A stretch of DNA of 64,000 nt from an uncultured bacterium (lineage in GTDB: Bacteria; Chloroflexota; UBA5177; JANWHV01): assembly GCA_963729625.1 (NCBI GenBank), contig CAVSOU010000011.1, forward strand, positions 878,534 through 942,533. Direction: 5' to 3'. The position numbers and the translations under genes were made by a program. Each line of letters starts with the position of its first letter. Position 1 is the first letter of the stretch. Below the pieces are notes generated by a model. The model made no database searches. It saw only the letters and a program-made list of their open reading frames with translations, and was not told the DNA's origin. Below are positions 39,456-48,910 of the stretch, in pieces.

Positions 39456-39747
39456 AGATCTCTCTGTAGTGGGGCGATCGAGGCCGTTTTTCATAGTTGA
39501 GCGCCGCGTGGTCCGGCAAGTGGTGTGGTGTGTCAATGAGTGGGCCCGGGCAGGCGCCGAGAATTGAGGTGGTTGCATATCGCCGTTCCCGCGCCTCTCA
39601 GCGACGGCGAACACCGCCGGTAGCGTGTCGGCAACAGGATCGGCGAACAGCACGGCGCTGCCCATGGGTTCCTTCATGCTTCCCAATAGCGCTCGCCGTT
39701 GACGCACGTTCGTCATCCGCGCGCACGACCGAAAGGGCTCGCCAGTG

Positions 39748-41187
39748 ATGGCTACAGAACAGCGACAGGTGGCGCAGGACGCAGTACCACGACCTGCTTT
39801 GCAGTCGGTCGGATTGCTGGAAGCGTTCGTTGGCGTAGCCCTGGTAACGACCGTCGCCATGTTCGTACCTGGGAATTGGGGACTGCTGGGGGTCCAGCCA
39901 CACCCACTGTGGCTGGTGGTGCTGGCCATCGCCATACGCTACGGCACCGCAGCTGGGTATGCCGGAGGAGCATTTGCAGCCTGCGCGTATTGGCTGATGC
40001 TTTGGCTCCAACCAGGTTCAAATGGCCAGCTTCCGGCAGCGTACGAACTCTTGCAGCCGCTACTACTGTTCGTCGGGGGCGCCATTACCAGCGAGCTTGT
40101 GCAGAGCGAGCGCGAGCGCGGCAAGCATGCGGAAGACGATCGCCGCAGGGTAACCGCCGAGCTCCAGGAAGTCACGCAGCGATGTGCGGCTTTGCAGGAG
40201 GTTCATGAGGAGCTGCAAAAGCGGATCGTCGGCCAGACAGCGTCGATCATCAGTCTCTATGAGGTGGCCAAGCAGCTAACCACGCTGGATGCCAAAGCGC
40301 TCTGCAAGTCAACAGTCAACCTCGTCGTGAACTATATCGGAGCGGACGCCGCTTCTCTCTATCTGCGGAATAGCCAGGGTGATCTGGAACTGCAGGCCCG
40401 CGTGCCTCCCGTGGACAGCTTGCGTCGCACCGTTCTCGACCCGAGAAGCGGCCTGGTGAGCCGAGCGCTGCGCGAGGCCCGGGTCGTGACGCTCCACGAG
40501 CAGCTGCCCAGCAGCATGGCGGATTTAGGCGAGGGGGTGCAAGCCGTGATGGCTGGCCCGCTGCTCGACGAGTCCGGGCGCGTGTGCGGCGTTGTTGTGG
40601 TCGAACGCATGCCATTCATGAAGTTCACACCAGCTACTGTTCAGTTATTCGACCTGCTCGTGGACTGGGCCTCGACTGCGCTGCAAAGCGCCGAGAGCCA
40701 TGCGCTGGCGCGCGCGAGAAACATCATGGATGAGGAAACAGGAGTGTACACATCGTCGCACACGCTCGCACTCCTGCGCAAAGAATTCAATCGAAGCCGT
40801 CGTTATCAGCTGCCGCTATCGCTGATCGTGATGCGCATGCGCTCGTTTTCCAATCATCGGTCTGCATCCCGGATTCAGTCGGAGCTGCTCGCGCGAGTAA
40901 AGCCGCATTTGCGGTCGGTCGACGTGTTGGGGCAGGCTGGCGAGCCCGGTACATTAGCCCTGATCCTGCCTCTCACAGAACTTGCCGGCGCACGGCGCGT
41001 CGCGCTGCGGATTCGCGACGATATTCAGGCGAACATCGCAGATGACGACCTTGGTCTTGTCACCGTGCGAACCGGGGTCGCAGCTCTCTCGAACGCGCAC
41101 TCCGAACCGGAAGTCATGCTCGCGAGCGCTCTGGCAGGTATGGACGACGCCGCGCTCGATCTCATCATTGGCGAAGCGGCTTCATGA
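39748..41187 (+). CDS. pelD: PelD-like c-di-GMP receptor (TM + coiled coil + GAF + degenerate GGDEF)
   Basis: HPLWLVVLAIAIRYG TM region, coiled coil, GAF domain, RSVD I-site with no GGDEF. First gene before pelE/F/G. Confidence 0.85.
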   Translation: MATEQRQVAQDAVPRPALQSVGLLEAFVGVALVTTVAMFVPGNWGLLGVQPHPLWLVVLAIAIRYGTAAGYAGGAFAACAYWLMLWLQPGSNGQLPAAYELLQPLLLFVGGAITSELVQSERERGKHAEDDRRRVTAELQEVTQRCAALQEVHEELQKRIVGQTASIISLYEVAKQLTTLDAKALCKSTVNLVVNYIGADAASLYLRNSQGDLELQARVPPVDSLRRTVLDPRSGLVSRALREARVVTLHEQLPSSMADLGEGVQAVMAGPLLDESGRVCGVVVVERMPFMKFTPATVQLFDLLVDWASTALQSAESHALARARNIMDEETGVYTSSHTLALLRKEFNRSRRYQLPLSLIVMRMRSFSNHRSASRIQSELLARVKPHLRSVDVLGQAGEPGTLALILPLTELAGARRVALRIRDDIQANIADDDLGLVTVRTGVAALSNAHSEPEVMLASALAGMDDAALDLIIGEAAS

Positions 41188-41212
41188 TTACACCCCGTCA
41201 AGGGGACGAACG

Positions 41213-42403
41213 ATGACTGGATGGAGCCATATGCAACGACTCCCGCGCCAACTGTGTGGTGCAGCGCTTGCGGTGTCCGGGCTTGGCGCGGATTGTGTCG
41301 CGGCAGTGTGGGTGCTGGATACCGCGGACCCGCGGAGTGCGCTGCTTCATATGGCAGCAGTGGTCGTGTGGATCGCCGGTGTGAGAATGCTCGCCGGAGA
41401 GCGCCACGATCTGGAATCACACGCGGACCGTCGCCGGCGGATAAGGTCTGCAAACGGGCGCCCCGCCGCGCGGCCTCGACGACTGTATCTACCCAGCTTC
41501 ATCTGGACGCGCTTAACAGAATCCTGGACTCCCTCTGACAATACTGCCGCGGGGCGCCTGGTAGCCGAGGACATGGACGGCTGGACTGTAGTCGCCCTGA
41601 TCGTCGGACTGGTTCCTTTTCCAGCGGTCGGACCGCTCGCGCTGAGCATCGCACGCGCCGCGGTCTGGCTGCTCCGATTGGTCCCCAACCCGCAAGACGC
41701 GCGGCGCTCCCAGACGGAGCGCGGCCTAGAGATGCCTCACGCCCGTATGGTCTCTATCCAGCGGGAACTGGAGGTGCAGCCCATCGTCGATATCCTCCAT
41801 GGGTCCGACCGCGCGCTCAAGCGCGCGGCCATACATGCTCTCGCCCGTCAACCCAGCGGTGAAGGCGTGCAATGGCTCAGGGATCTCCTCGTCGATTCAG
41901 ATGCCGACCTGCGTGACGCTGCGTCATTGGCCCTATTTCGCCTTGAGGTCGACTTTGAACGGGAATTGCGCCGGGCTGGACGACAGGAAAGCGCGACGCC
42001 ACCCGCCGCGCTGGCCAGTCTTTACATCCGCTATGCTCGCAGTGGACTGCTCGACGACATATCCGGTGCGCTCTATCTCCACAAAGCGTGCGACGCCCTG
42101 CAGCAGGCAATTGCCGCAGAGCCTGATTGCACCAGACTTCAGTTCCAGCTCGCATCACTGCAAAGCGAACTTGGCATGGAGGCAGAAGCGTGTGAGACGC
42201 TCGAGTGCGGACTCGGTTCGGGACAAGTCGACGCGCAGAGCTGCCTGGAAGGTATGGATATTGCCTTCCGCAATGGACGATGGGAGCAGCTTCTGCAGCT
42301 TGCACAGAGGGCACGGCTCGTGTTCGACGATGACCCTGAGCCCAAGGCCCTGATCCAGTGGTGGACCGAAGCGCACTGGGACGTGGTTGGGAGCGGCGCA
42401 TGA
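41213..42403 (+). CDS. pelE: PelE-like membrane protein with HEAT/TPR repeats
   Basis: TM helices with P.VGP, HEAT-like KRAAIHAL...LVDSDADLR..A, YARSGLLD, TPR-like C-terminus. Lies between pelD and pelF. Confidence 0.72.
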   Translation: MTGWSHMQRLPRQLCGAALAVSGLGADCVAAVWVLDTADPRSALLHMAAVVVWIAGVRMLAGERHDLESHADRRRRIRSANGRPAARPRRLYLPSFIWTRLTESWTPSDNTAAGRLVAEDMDGWTVVALIVGLVPFPAVGPLALSIARAAVWLLRLVPNPQDARRSQTERGLEMPHARMVSIQRELEVQPIVDILHGSDRALKRAAIHALARQPSGEGVQWLRDLLVDSDADLRDAASLALFRLEVDFERELRRAGRQESATPPAALASLYIRYARSGLLDDISGALYLHKACDALQQAIAAEPDCTRLQFQLASLQSELGMEAEACETLECGLGSGQVDAQSCLEGMDIAFRNGRWEQLLQLAQRARLVFDDDPEPKALIQWWTEAHWDVVGSGA

Positions 42404-43905
42404 TAGCCGACGTCTGCGTGCTTGTCGAAGGCACCTATCCATACGTGGCGGGGGGCGTCTCGAGCTGGATTCATACGCTGATCCGCAACCTCCCCCAGTT
42501 CACCTTCAGCGTTGTCTATCTTGGTTCTACACCCGAGCAGCGAGGAGAGCGACACTACGAGTTACCGGAAAACGTGATCGACTTTCGCGAGCTGTTTATT
42601 CATGACACGAAGTGGACGATTGCTCGGCGCGCACCACGGTATGACCCGGAGCTTTGGACAGCGCTACGCGACTTTCATCTTACCGGGGCTACTGGGAAGC
42701 CAAGCAGCTATGCGACCATGTGCCGCCTGCTTTGCGAGAATATGCCAGGCACCATCTCGGCCTTCGATCTCTTCAGTGCCAAGCAGAGCTGGGACATGAT
42801 CGTCAAGATGTATGCCCTGCGCGCAGCTGACTTCCCATTCATGGACTACTTTTGGACCTTTCGTCTCACGCATCTCCCGATTCTGTATCTGCTTGAAGCT
42901 GAGATCCCCAAAGCTCGGGTCTACCACACGCTGAGCGCCGGCTATAATGCGCTCCTTGGCGCGTTCGCCAAGATTCGTTCCGGTGCCCCCTTGCTCATGA
43001 CCGAACACGGGATTTACACGCGGGAACGCGATATTGAGATCGCGCAACTCGACTGGATCCGAAGCCCTCACCAGAGTGAGCACATCGTCTCGGCCACGCC
43101 AGGCTACTTCCAGCGTTGGTGGGGAGAGATGTTCCGCTACATCACGCATCTCTCCTACGAACTATCGGATCGGGTGATCTCGATCACCGCCGCAAACCAG
43201 CGCTTTCAGCTCCAGAACGGGGCCGAACCTGAAAAGATGCTGGTAATTCCGAACGGCATCGATGTTGAGCACTTGCGCGGTGTGCGCACGGCATCGCGTG
43301 CCGACACAGATCGCTTCACCATTGGGTTTGTCGGACGGGTCGTAGGAATAAAGGACGTCAAGACTTTCATTCGCGCGATCAAGATCGCAAGCACTGTGAT
43401 CCCGAATCTGCTGGCATGGATAGTTGGACCGGAAGGCGAGGAGCCTGACTATGCTGCGCAGTGCCATGAATTGGTCGAAACACTTGGTCTCACGGAGTTG
43501 ATCGCGTTCACCGGTCCTCAGGATGTTCGCGAGTACTACAGTCAGATGGACGTGCTAGTTCTGACTAGTCTGAGCGAGGCCCAGCCGCTCGTGATCCTGG
43601 AGGCAAATTGCGCGGGCGTGCCTGCAATCGCGCCAGACGTTGGCGCTTGCCGCGAGCTACTGTACGGGATTACCCCGGATGACCAGGCACTCGGTCCAAG
43701 TGGTGTGATCACGCCTCCCGCACACCCGCGTGCAACAGCCGACGCACTGGTCCAACTCTGGCGCGATGACGCATTGCGAGCGCGGATGTCGACGGCCGGG
43801 GCTGAACGGGTGCGACGGTACTATGGGCAGGAAAGCCTGTTCGCCGCATATGGCGATCTCTATCAGCAGTACATTGACATGTCACCAGTGGAAGCAGAAC
43901 GGTAG
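42400..43905 (+). CDS. pelF: GT4 glycosyltransferase PelF
   Basis: EGTYPYVAGGVSSW (DUF3492), TEHGIYTRER, IPNGID, GRVVGIKDVKTFI, LTSLSEAQPLVILEA, DVGACRELL. Confidence 0.95.
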   Translation: MIADVCVLVEGTYPYVAGGVSSWIHTLIRNLPQFTFSVVYLGSTPEQRGERHYELPENVIDFRELFIHDTKWTIARRAPRYDPELWTALRDFHLTGATGKPSSYATMCRLLCENMPGTISAFDLFSAKQSWDMIVKMYALRAADFPFMDYFWTFRLTHLPILYLLEAEIPKARVYHTLSAGYNALLGAFAKIRSGAPLLMTEHGIYTRERDIEIAQLDWIRSPHQSEHIVSATPGYFQRWWGEMFRYITHLSYELSDRVISITAANQRFQLQNGAEPEKMLVIPNGIDVEHLRGVRTASRADTDRFTIGFVGRVVGIKDVKTFIRAIKIASTVIPNLLAWIVGPEGEEPDYAAQCHELVETLGLTELIAFTGPQDVREYYSQMDVLVLTSLSEAQPLVILEANCAGVPAIAPDVGACRELLYGITPDDQALGPSGVITPPAHPRATADALVQLWRDDALRARMSTAGAERVRRYYGQESLFAAYGDLYQQYIDMSPVEAER

Positions 43906-43910
43906 CGCGT

Positions 43911-45287
43911 ATGGCTGGCATTGGCTTGCGATTGCATCGCTTGGTCGACCGGGGGACGTATTTCCAGGCGGCGGGCGCCTATGCGGCGTCCGCCATTATC
44001 TCCGCGGGGCCCTGGCTATCCGCGGTTTTCTGGGTCGGACTTCTCGGCAGCGTCGCCTCCACTTTCTTGAATCCGACAGATCGCGCGCTGATGCTTACGA
44101 CGATCAGCTACGTGTTCTGCGCGAGCCTGTTGGTAACCGGCGGGCCTCAATTGCTCGTGACCCGGTTCCTGTCGGATCGCCTGTATGTAGATGATGAGGA
44201 GGCATTGGCGCCAACCTGCACTGGGGTGCTACTTGCGGCGATCCCCCTGCTGGTCATTGCATTGCCGTTCCTTGCGTTCGCGCCATTCGATCTTCGCTAC
44301 CGGTTGCTTGCCACGAGCCTGTTCATCTCCGTCTCGCTGGTCTGGATGCTCGTCGTCTTCTTATCCGCAACTCGCGACTTCGTCCGCATAGTGGTGGTGT
44401 TTCTGTCTACGTATGGCCTGAGCGCGCTCGCGGCACTCGGGCTTGGACACATATTTGGCCTTCTGGGCTGCCTGTATGGCTTCACGCTCGGGCAACTCGT
44501 GTGCCTGTGTCTGCTTGTCGCGCATGTATATCTGGAGTTTCCACCGTCAAGAGGAATTCAGCTCGGCTTCCTGAGTTACGGAAGGCGGTACTGGGATCTG
44601 CTGCTGATCGGGCTCTGCCAGTCGATTGGCCTGTGGATGGATAACATACTTTTCTGGTTTTCCAAGAACGGGATCGTTATTGCGCACTTCTACCATGTTT
44701 TTCCGGCGTACGACCTGGCGAAGCTCGTCGGCTACCTGTCTACCATTCCCGCTGCCGCGGTGTTCCTCGTCCGGCTGGAGACCACTTTCTACCAGCATTA
44801 CGCGAAGTTCTACCGCCTGGTCACCGAAAAGGGTGTTTTGTCGGACATCGTCCTCGCCCGAAAGGGTATGGAGAAAGCGGCGCAATCTACGGTTCTGACC
44901 ATTGTGAAGATTCAGGTCATCGTGGATCTATTTCTGATTGTCTTCGCCAGAGATATCGTGGAGAAGCTTGGTCTGCCTGATAGCCGGATATCGATTGTGC
45001 GCATTCTAGCAATAGGGACGAGCACGCAGTTCGTGCTCATGGTCGGCCTGTTGATGCTCCTGTATCTCGACGCGCGCCGCCCCGCGCTCAAAGTCACGCT
45101 GGTATTCGCCATCAGCAGCCCCATACTCACGTTGCTCACGCTGCGCCTGGGCTCGCCATTCTACGGCTGCGGCTACCTCGTCGCGGCGCTGGTCTCCGCG
45201 ATACTGGCGCTTGTCGCCCTCCGTAATCGGCTCCACAACCTGGAGTTCGTGACGTTCATGCTGCAGCCCATGGAACCCGACGAATGA
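43911..45287 (+). CDS. pelG: Exopolysaccharide Pel transporter PelG
   Basis: MAGIGLRL, IISAGPWL, TRFLSDRLY, GLWMD...FW, YD, ETTFY..Y..FY, LLYLD, YGCGY; about 12 TM helices. Confidence 0.95.
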   Translation: MAGIGLRLHRLVDRGTYFQAAGAYAASAIISAGPWLSAVFWVGLLGSVASTFLNPTDRALMLTTISYVFCASLLVTGGPQLLVTRFLSDRLYVDDEEALAPTCTGVLLAAIPLLVIALPFLAFAPFDLRYRLLATSLFISVSLVWMLVVFLSATRDFVRIVVVFLSTYGLSALAALGLGHIFGLLGCLYGFTLGQLVCLCLLVAHVYLEFPPSRGIQLGFLSYGRRYWDLLLIGLCQSIGLWMDNILFWFSKNGIVIAHFYHVFPAYDLAKLVGYLSTIPAAAVFLVRLETTFYQHYAKFYRLVTEKGVLSDIVLARKGMEKAAQSTVLTIVKIQVIVDLFLIVFARDIVEKLGLPDSRISIVRILAIGTSTQFVLMVGLLMLLYLDARRPALKVTLVFAISSPILTLLTLRLGSPFYGCGYLVAALVSAILALVALRNRLHNLEFVTFMLQPMEPDE

Positions 45288-45321
45288 CGCGAAGGAACAT
45301 GACGGACTGGGGGGACACATA

Positions 45322-46653
45322 ATGCGCCTGCCACGTTGGCTCGTTCTCGGAATGTGCATCAAGCGCTGGATCGTGATGCTAACCCTCGGAATCGCGCTAA
45401 TCAGTCTCAGCGCTGGTTACTTCTTGCGCGCCCTGTACAGTGTCGATGTCAGGTTCCCCAGGTGGGTTTACTACCTTACCCTCCAGTTCCTCAGCCGAGA
45501 GGCCCGCGGCGTGCTGTTCCTTGCCCTGGGGGCCGCGCTCACCGTCATTGGCCTCCTGAGCCTCAGCCGCACCCTGATCATGGCGCTCCTTCCGCGTCAC
45601 GGCGCGAATGTCATAGACATCCTCCACTACCGCCTGATGCTCAAGCGCGGTCCGAGAGTGGTTGTAATCGGAGGCGGCACCGGCCTGTCCGTGGTACTCA
45701 CGGGACTCAAGGAGTACACGGGAAATCTGTCGGCCATCGTGACGGTTGCCGATGATGGGGGCAGTTCGGGCCGCCTTCGGCGAGATATGGGCATCTTGCC
45801 GCCCGGCGACTTTCGGCAGTGCCTCGCCGCGTTGGCCGACGTCGAACCCCTGATGACCAAGCTACTGCACTATCGTTTCCATGAAGGATCGGGCTTGGAG
45901 GGACACAGCCTGGGAAACCTCATCGTCGCCGCGATGACCGATATCAGCGGCAGCTTTGAGCAAGGGCTACGAGAAATGGGGCGCGTCCTCGCGATAAGAG
46001 GGCAGATCCTGCCTTCCACGCTTGAAGACATCGTGCTGGTCGCCGAACTGGGCGACAATTCATACGTCATCGGCGAGTCGAATATGCATGAGGATCACGC
46101 ATCGACATCCGGCCTGCCCGTAGATCGCGCGCCAATCGCTCGGGTATTCATCAAACCTGCTCATGCTGCCGCCTATCCAGGGGCAGTACGGGCAATTCTG
46201 GATGCCGACATTGTGGTTCTGGGGCCTGGCAGCCTCTATACAAGCATTCTGCCAAACCTGCTGGTGGAAGATATTCGCCGCGCGCTATCCGCTACCACCG
46301 CGTGTAAGGTCTTTGCATGTAATGTCGCCACGGAGCCGGGAGAGACAGATAGCTACGCGATCGAAGATTTCGCGGCGGCAATGACGCGGCATACTGGTGA
46401 GCAGATGTTCGATGCCATGATCGTCAACACGCGCGTGGACGCCAAGCGCCCACCTGACTGGCACGGTGAGATCGTGCAAAGCAGGACGGCCTGCCGAATA
46501 GGAACCCGTATTATCGCCGCCGATGTGGTGGATCAGAATAATGCAGCGCGCCACGATCCGGCGAAACTGGCGCGCGCGATCATGCGCACGTGGGCAGAAT
46601 CCACGCGCGTGAACGCTATCCTGCCCGGCAGGAATTCGGCACGCTCGCGATAG
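45322..46653 (+). CDS. yvcK: YvcK/GlmR (CofD-like, UDP-GlcNAc-binding) protein with N-terminal TM helices
   Basis: IGGGTGLS, VTVADDGGSSGRLR, PPGD, GHSLGNL, GES, LGPGSLYTSILPNL, GETD, RHD. Starts 34 bp after pelG. Confidence 0.92.
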   Translation: MRLPRWLVLGMCIKRWIVMLTLGIALISLSAGYFLRALYSVDVRFPRWVYYLTLQFLSREARGVLFLALGAALTVIGLLSLSRTLIMALLPRHGANVIDILHYRLMLKRGPRVVVIGGGTGLSVVLTGLKEYTGNLSAIVTVADDGGSSGRLRRDMGILPPGDFRQCLAALADVEPLMTKLLHYRFHEGSGLEGHSLGNLIVAAMTDISGSFEQGLREMGRVLAIRGQILPSTLEDIVLVAELGDNSYVIGESNMHEDHASTSGLPVDRAPIARVFIKPAHAAAYPGAVRAILDADIVVLGPGSLYTSILPNLLVEDIRRALSATTACKVFACNVATEPGETDSYAIEDFAAAMTRHTGEQMFDAMIVNTRVDAKRPPDWHGEIVQSRTACRIGTRIIAADVVDQNNAARHDPAKLARAIMRTWAESTRVNAILPGRNSARSR

Positions 46654-47073
46654 GGCAAAGGCTACACCTGCCACTGCACCACCTCCGCGGACCAGCTCAC
46701 ATACACGATTTGAACGGTCCGTGGACACCCTGCTGGAGCTAGAGGGACAACGATTGCGGCACGCCGCCGGTTTGCCCGCCCGGGCTGAGGCTGCCTGGAA
46801 GCTGCCCAGAGGCGGAAAATTCGTTGTTGACTATTCCGTATTGAGTGGATAGTCTGAACTAATGCGTGCTTTGCGTCGTATCGGCAGCCTAAGCCGGCGA
46901 TCGGGGAAGGGAAGAGGATTGCAGGAATCGCCGGCGCCCGCCTCAAATGAGGAGCCATGTGATGCGCCCGGAGGAGGCAAGCTGTCGGCGTGCAAGCCGC
47001 AAGTAAATGCCGGCGGTCCGAATCGCGTTGAGCAGCGGATCGCTCGTGCCCAGGATAAACCTCGGAGGATCCA

Positions 47074-48618
47074 GTGACAATTCGTAGACTTGGCGTGCCA
47101 CTTCTCACCCTCTGTCTTGCGTTGCCACTTTCGAGCATCGCGCGGCCAGAGGGCTCGGGCCAGGTCGTTTCGGCTCAGACCTCGTCGTCTGTGACCCTGT
47201 CCCCTGTCTCCATTACCAACACGGAAGGCACGACGGGCGGTCAGCCGGTCTCGGCGCTTGGCGTAGAAGATCAGTCTGGTACTGCGAACGACTGGAACAA
47301 GTACGTCGAATTCGACGGGCTTTACACCGGTTATCGAACCTATGACTTGAGCACCAGTGTTGCGCCATCCAGCGTCAGCGTCATTGCCGTAAGCGTGAAC
47401 TATCAAGGACCGGCCAAGGTAAACCAGGACTGGACATGGAGCATCTACGACTGGCTTCAATCGAAGTGGGTGGCGGTCGGAGACAATGGCGCGGCGCCCG
47501 ATTGGGGTGCGTGGACATTGCTCAGGTTCAGTGCGACAGGAGCCCTGGCCAATTACGTCAACCCAACGAGCGGCCAAATACGTGTCCAGGTGTCCTCGAA
47601 CAACGCATCCGACAATATGGACCTGGACTACGAGTCCGTATCCGTGACTTACGGCAGCCAACCACAGCCAACCTCGACGAGCACCTCGATAGCGGCCACC
47701 GCGACACGCACGCCCACGCGCGGAACATCCACCAACACGCCGGTGCCGCCAACCGCGACACGCACGCCCACGCGCGGAACATCCACCAACACGCCGGTGC
47801 TGCCAACCGCGACACGCACGCCCACGCGCGCGACATCCACGAACACGCCGGTGCCGCCAACCGCGACACAGGCCCCGGCTCCAGGCAGCAGCCTATGGCG
47901 ACCGACTCCCGGCACGACGTGGTTCTGGGAGATCGGTGCAACGCCCAACCTGAGCAGCCTCCACGCGGTCCAAGCGTATGACATCGACGGATTCGACAAC
48001 CCGGCCTCGACCGTCGCCACACTCCACAGTCACGGCATCAGAGCGATTTGCTACATGGATGGCGGGACCTACGAGAACTGGCGGCCCGACGCTGGGAGCT
48101 TCCCGTCCGGCCTGCTTGGAAGCTCGAATGGATGGCCAGGTGAGAACTGGCTGGATGTGCGCCCAAGCGGCGCCTACTACGGGACCCTGAAGTCGATCAT
48201 GCAAAGCCGGGCGCAGGACTGCAAGAGCCACGGTTTCGATGCGATCGAGTGGGACAACGTGGACGGGTATACGAATTCGACAGGATTTCCCATCACCGCG
48301 GCCGACCAGATAGCCTACAACACATTCCTCGCGGGCGCGGCGCACGCGGTCGGGCTGTCCGTGGCACTGAAGAACGATACCGATCAGGTTTCGACTCTTC
48401 AACCAAGGTTCGATTTCGGCATCGACGAGGAGTGCTTCCTGTACTCGGAGTGCAGTTCCGAGACGCCGTTCATTAACGCCAACAAGGCGGTCCTTGAGGT
48501 CGAGTACCAGGAAGACGGCATGACCACGTCCAAGTTCTGTCCGCAGGCCAATGCCATGCGCTTCAGCTCGGCGCTGGCAACCCTGAACCTGGATGGTCCC
48601 TGGACACCCTGCTGGTAG
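47074..48618 (+). CDS. Secreted endo-alpha-1,4-polygalactosaminidase (GH114) with an N-terminal Trp-rich module and Pro/Thr linker
   Basis: Signal peptide; YDIDGFD, ICYMDGGTYENWRPD, WPGENWLD, GFDAIEWDNVDGY, LKND, EEC, VEY. Confidence 0.9.
   Translation: MTIRRLGVPLLTLCLALPLSSIARPEGSGQVVSAQTSSSVTLSPVSITNTEGTTGGQPVSALGVEDQSGTANDWNKYVEFDGLYTGYRTYDLSTSVAPSSVSVIAVSVNYQGPAKVNQDWTWSIYDWLQSKWVAVGDNGAAPDWGAWTLLRFSATGALANYVNPTSGQIRVQVSSNNASDNMDLDYESVSVTYGSQPQPTSTSTSIAATATRTPTRGTSTNTPVPPTATRTPTRGTSTNTPVLPTATRTPTRATSTNTPVPPTATQAPAPGSSLWRPTPGTTWFWEIGATPNLSSLHAVQAYDIDGFDNPASTVATLHSHGIRAICYMDGGTYENWRPDAGSFPSGLLGSSNGWPGENWLDVRPSGAYYGTLKSIMQSRAQDCKSHGFDAIEWDNVDGYTNSTGFPITAADQIAYNTFLAGAAHAVGLSVALKNDTDQVSTLQPRFDFGIDEECFLYSECSSETPFINANKAVLEVEYQEDGMTTSKFCPQANAMRFSSALATLNLDGPWTPCW
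47698..47868 (+). repeat. 54-bp coding tandem repeat (TATRTPTRGTSTNTPVPP x3)
   Basis: Direct inspection. Confidence 0.88.
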
Positions 48619-48830
48619 GAGCGCGGCTCTGAGCCAGTCGAGCGGCCTCATCAGAGGCCGAAGCGCCAGGGCCGTCGCACAGCAGAGATCGGGAGCAATG
48701 CCACGCGGTATTGCTCCCGCTGTATTCGGGGCGCAAGCACGATGCGTGTGAGCTCGGACGAAAACCGCGCTTAACCCCTTGTGCGCCGCGCCGATAAGCC
48801 TGTAACTACGACTGTCGGAGGCATCCGGGT

Positions 48831-48877
48831 GCGGCGAGGCGCCCTGCCACGGGTCTCGTGGCAGGGCGCCTCGCCGC
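48831..48877. terminator. Perfect 21-bp inverted repeat between the convergent GH114 genes
   Basis: GCGGCGAGGCGCCCTGCCACG-ggtct-CGTGGCAGGGCGCCTCGCCGC. A second hairpin CGGGAGCAAT/ATTGCTCCCG lies near 48690-48719. Confidence 0.7.
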
Positions 48878-48910
48878 GTATGTAGCGTTGCGCTGCTCTG
48901 GGCTTGCCGG

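Noticed and set aside
46865-46900. Another GEMM-I riboswitch (minus-strand GACGCAAAGC)
   Set aside because: No upstream GCAAAC/GNRA P2 hairpin and no P3 or P1 3' strand.
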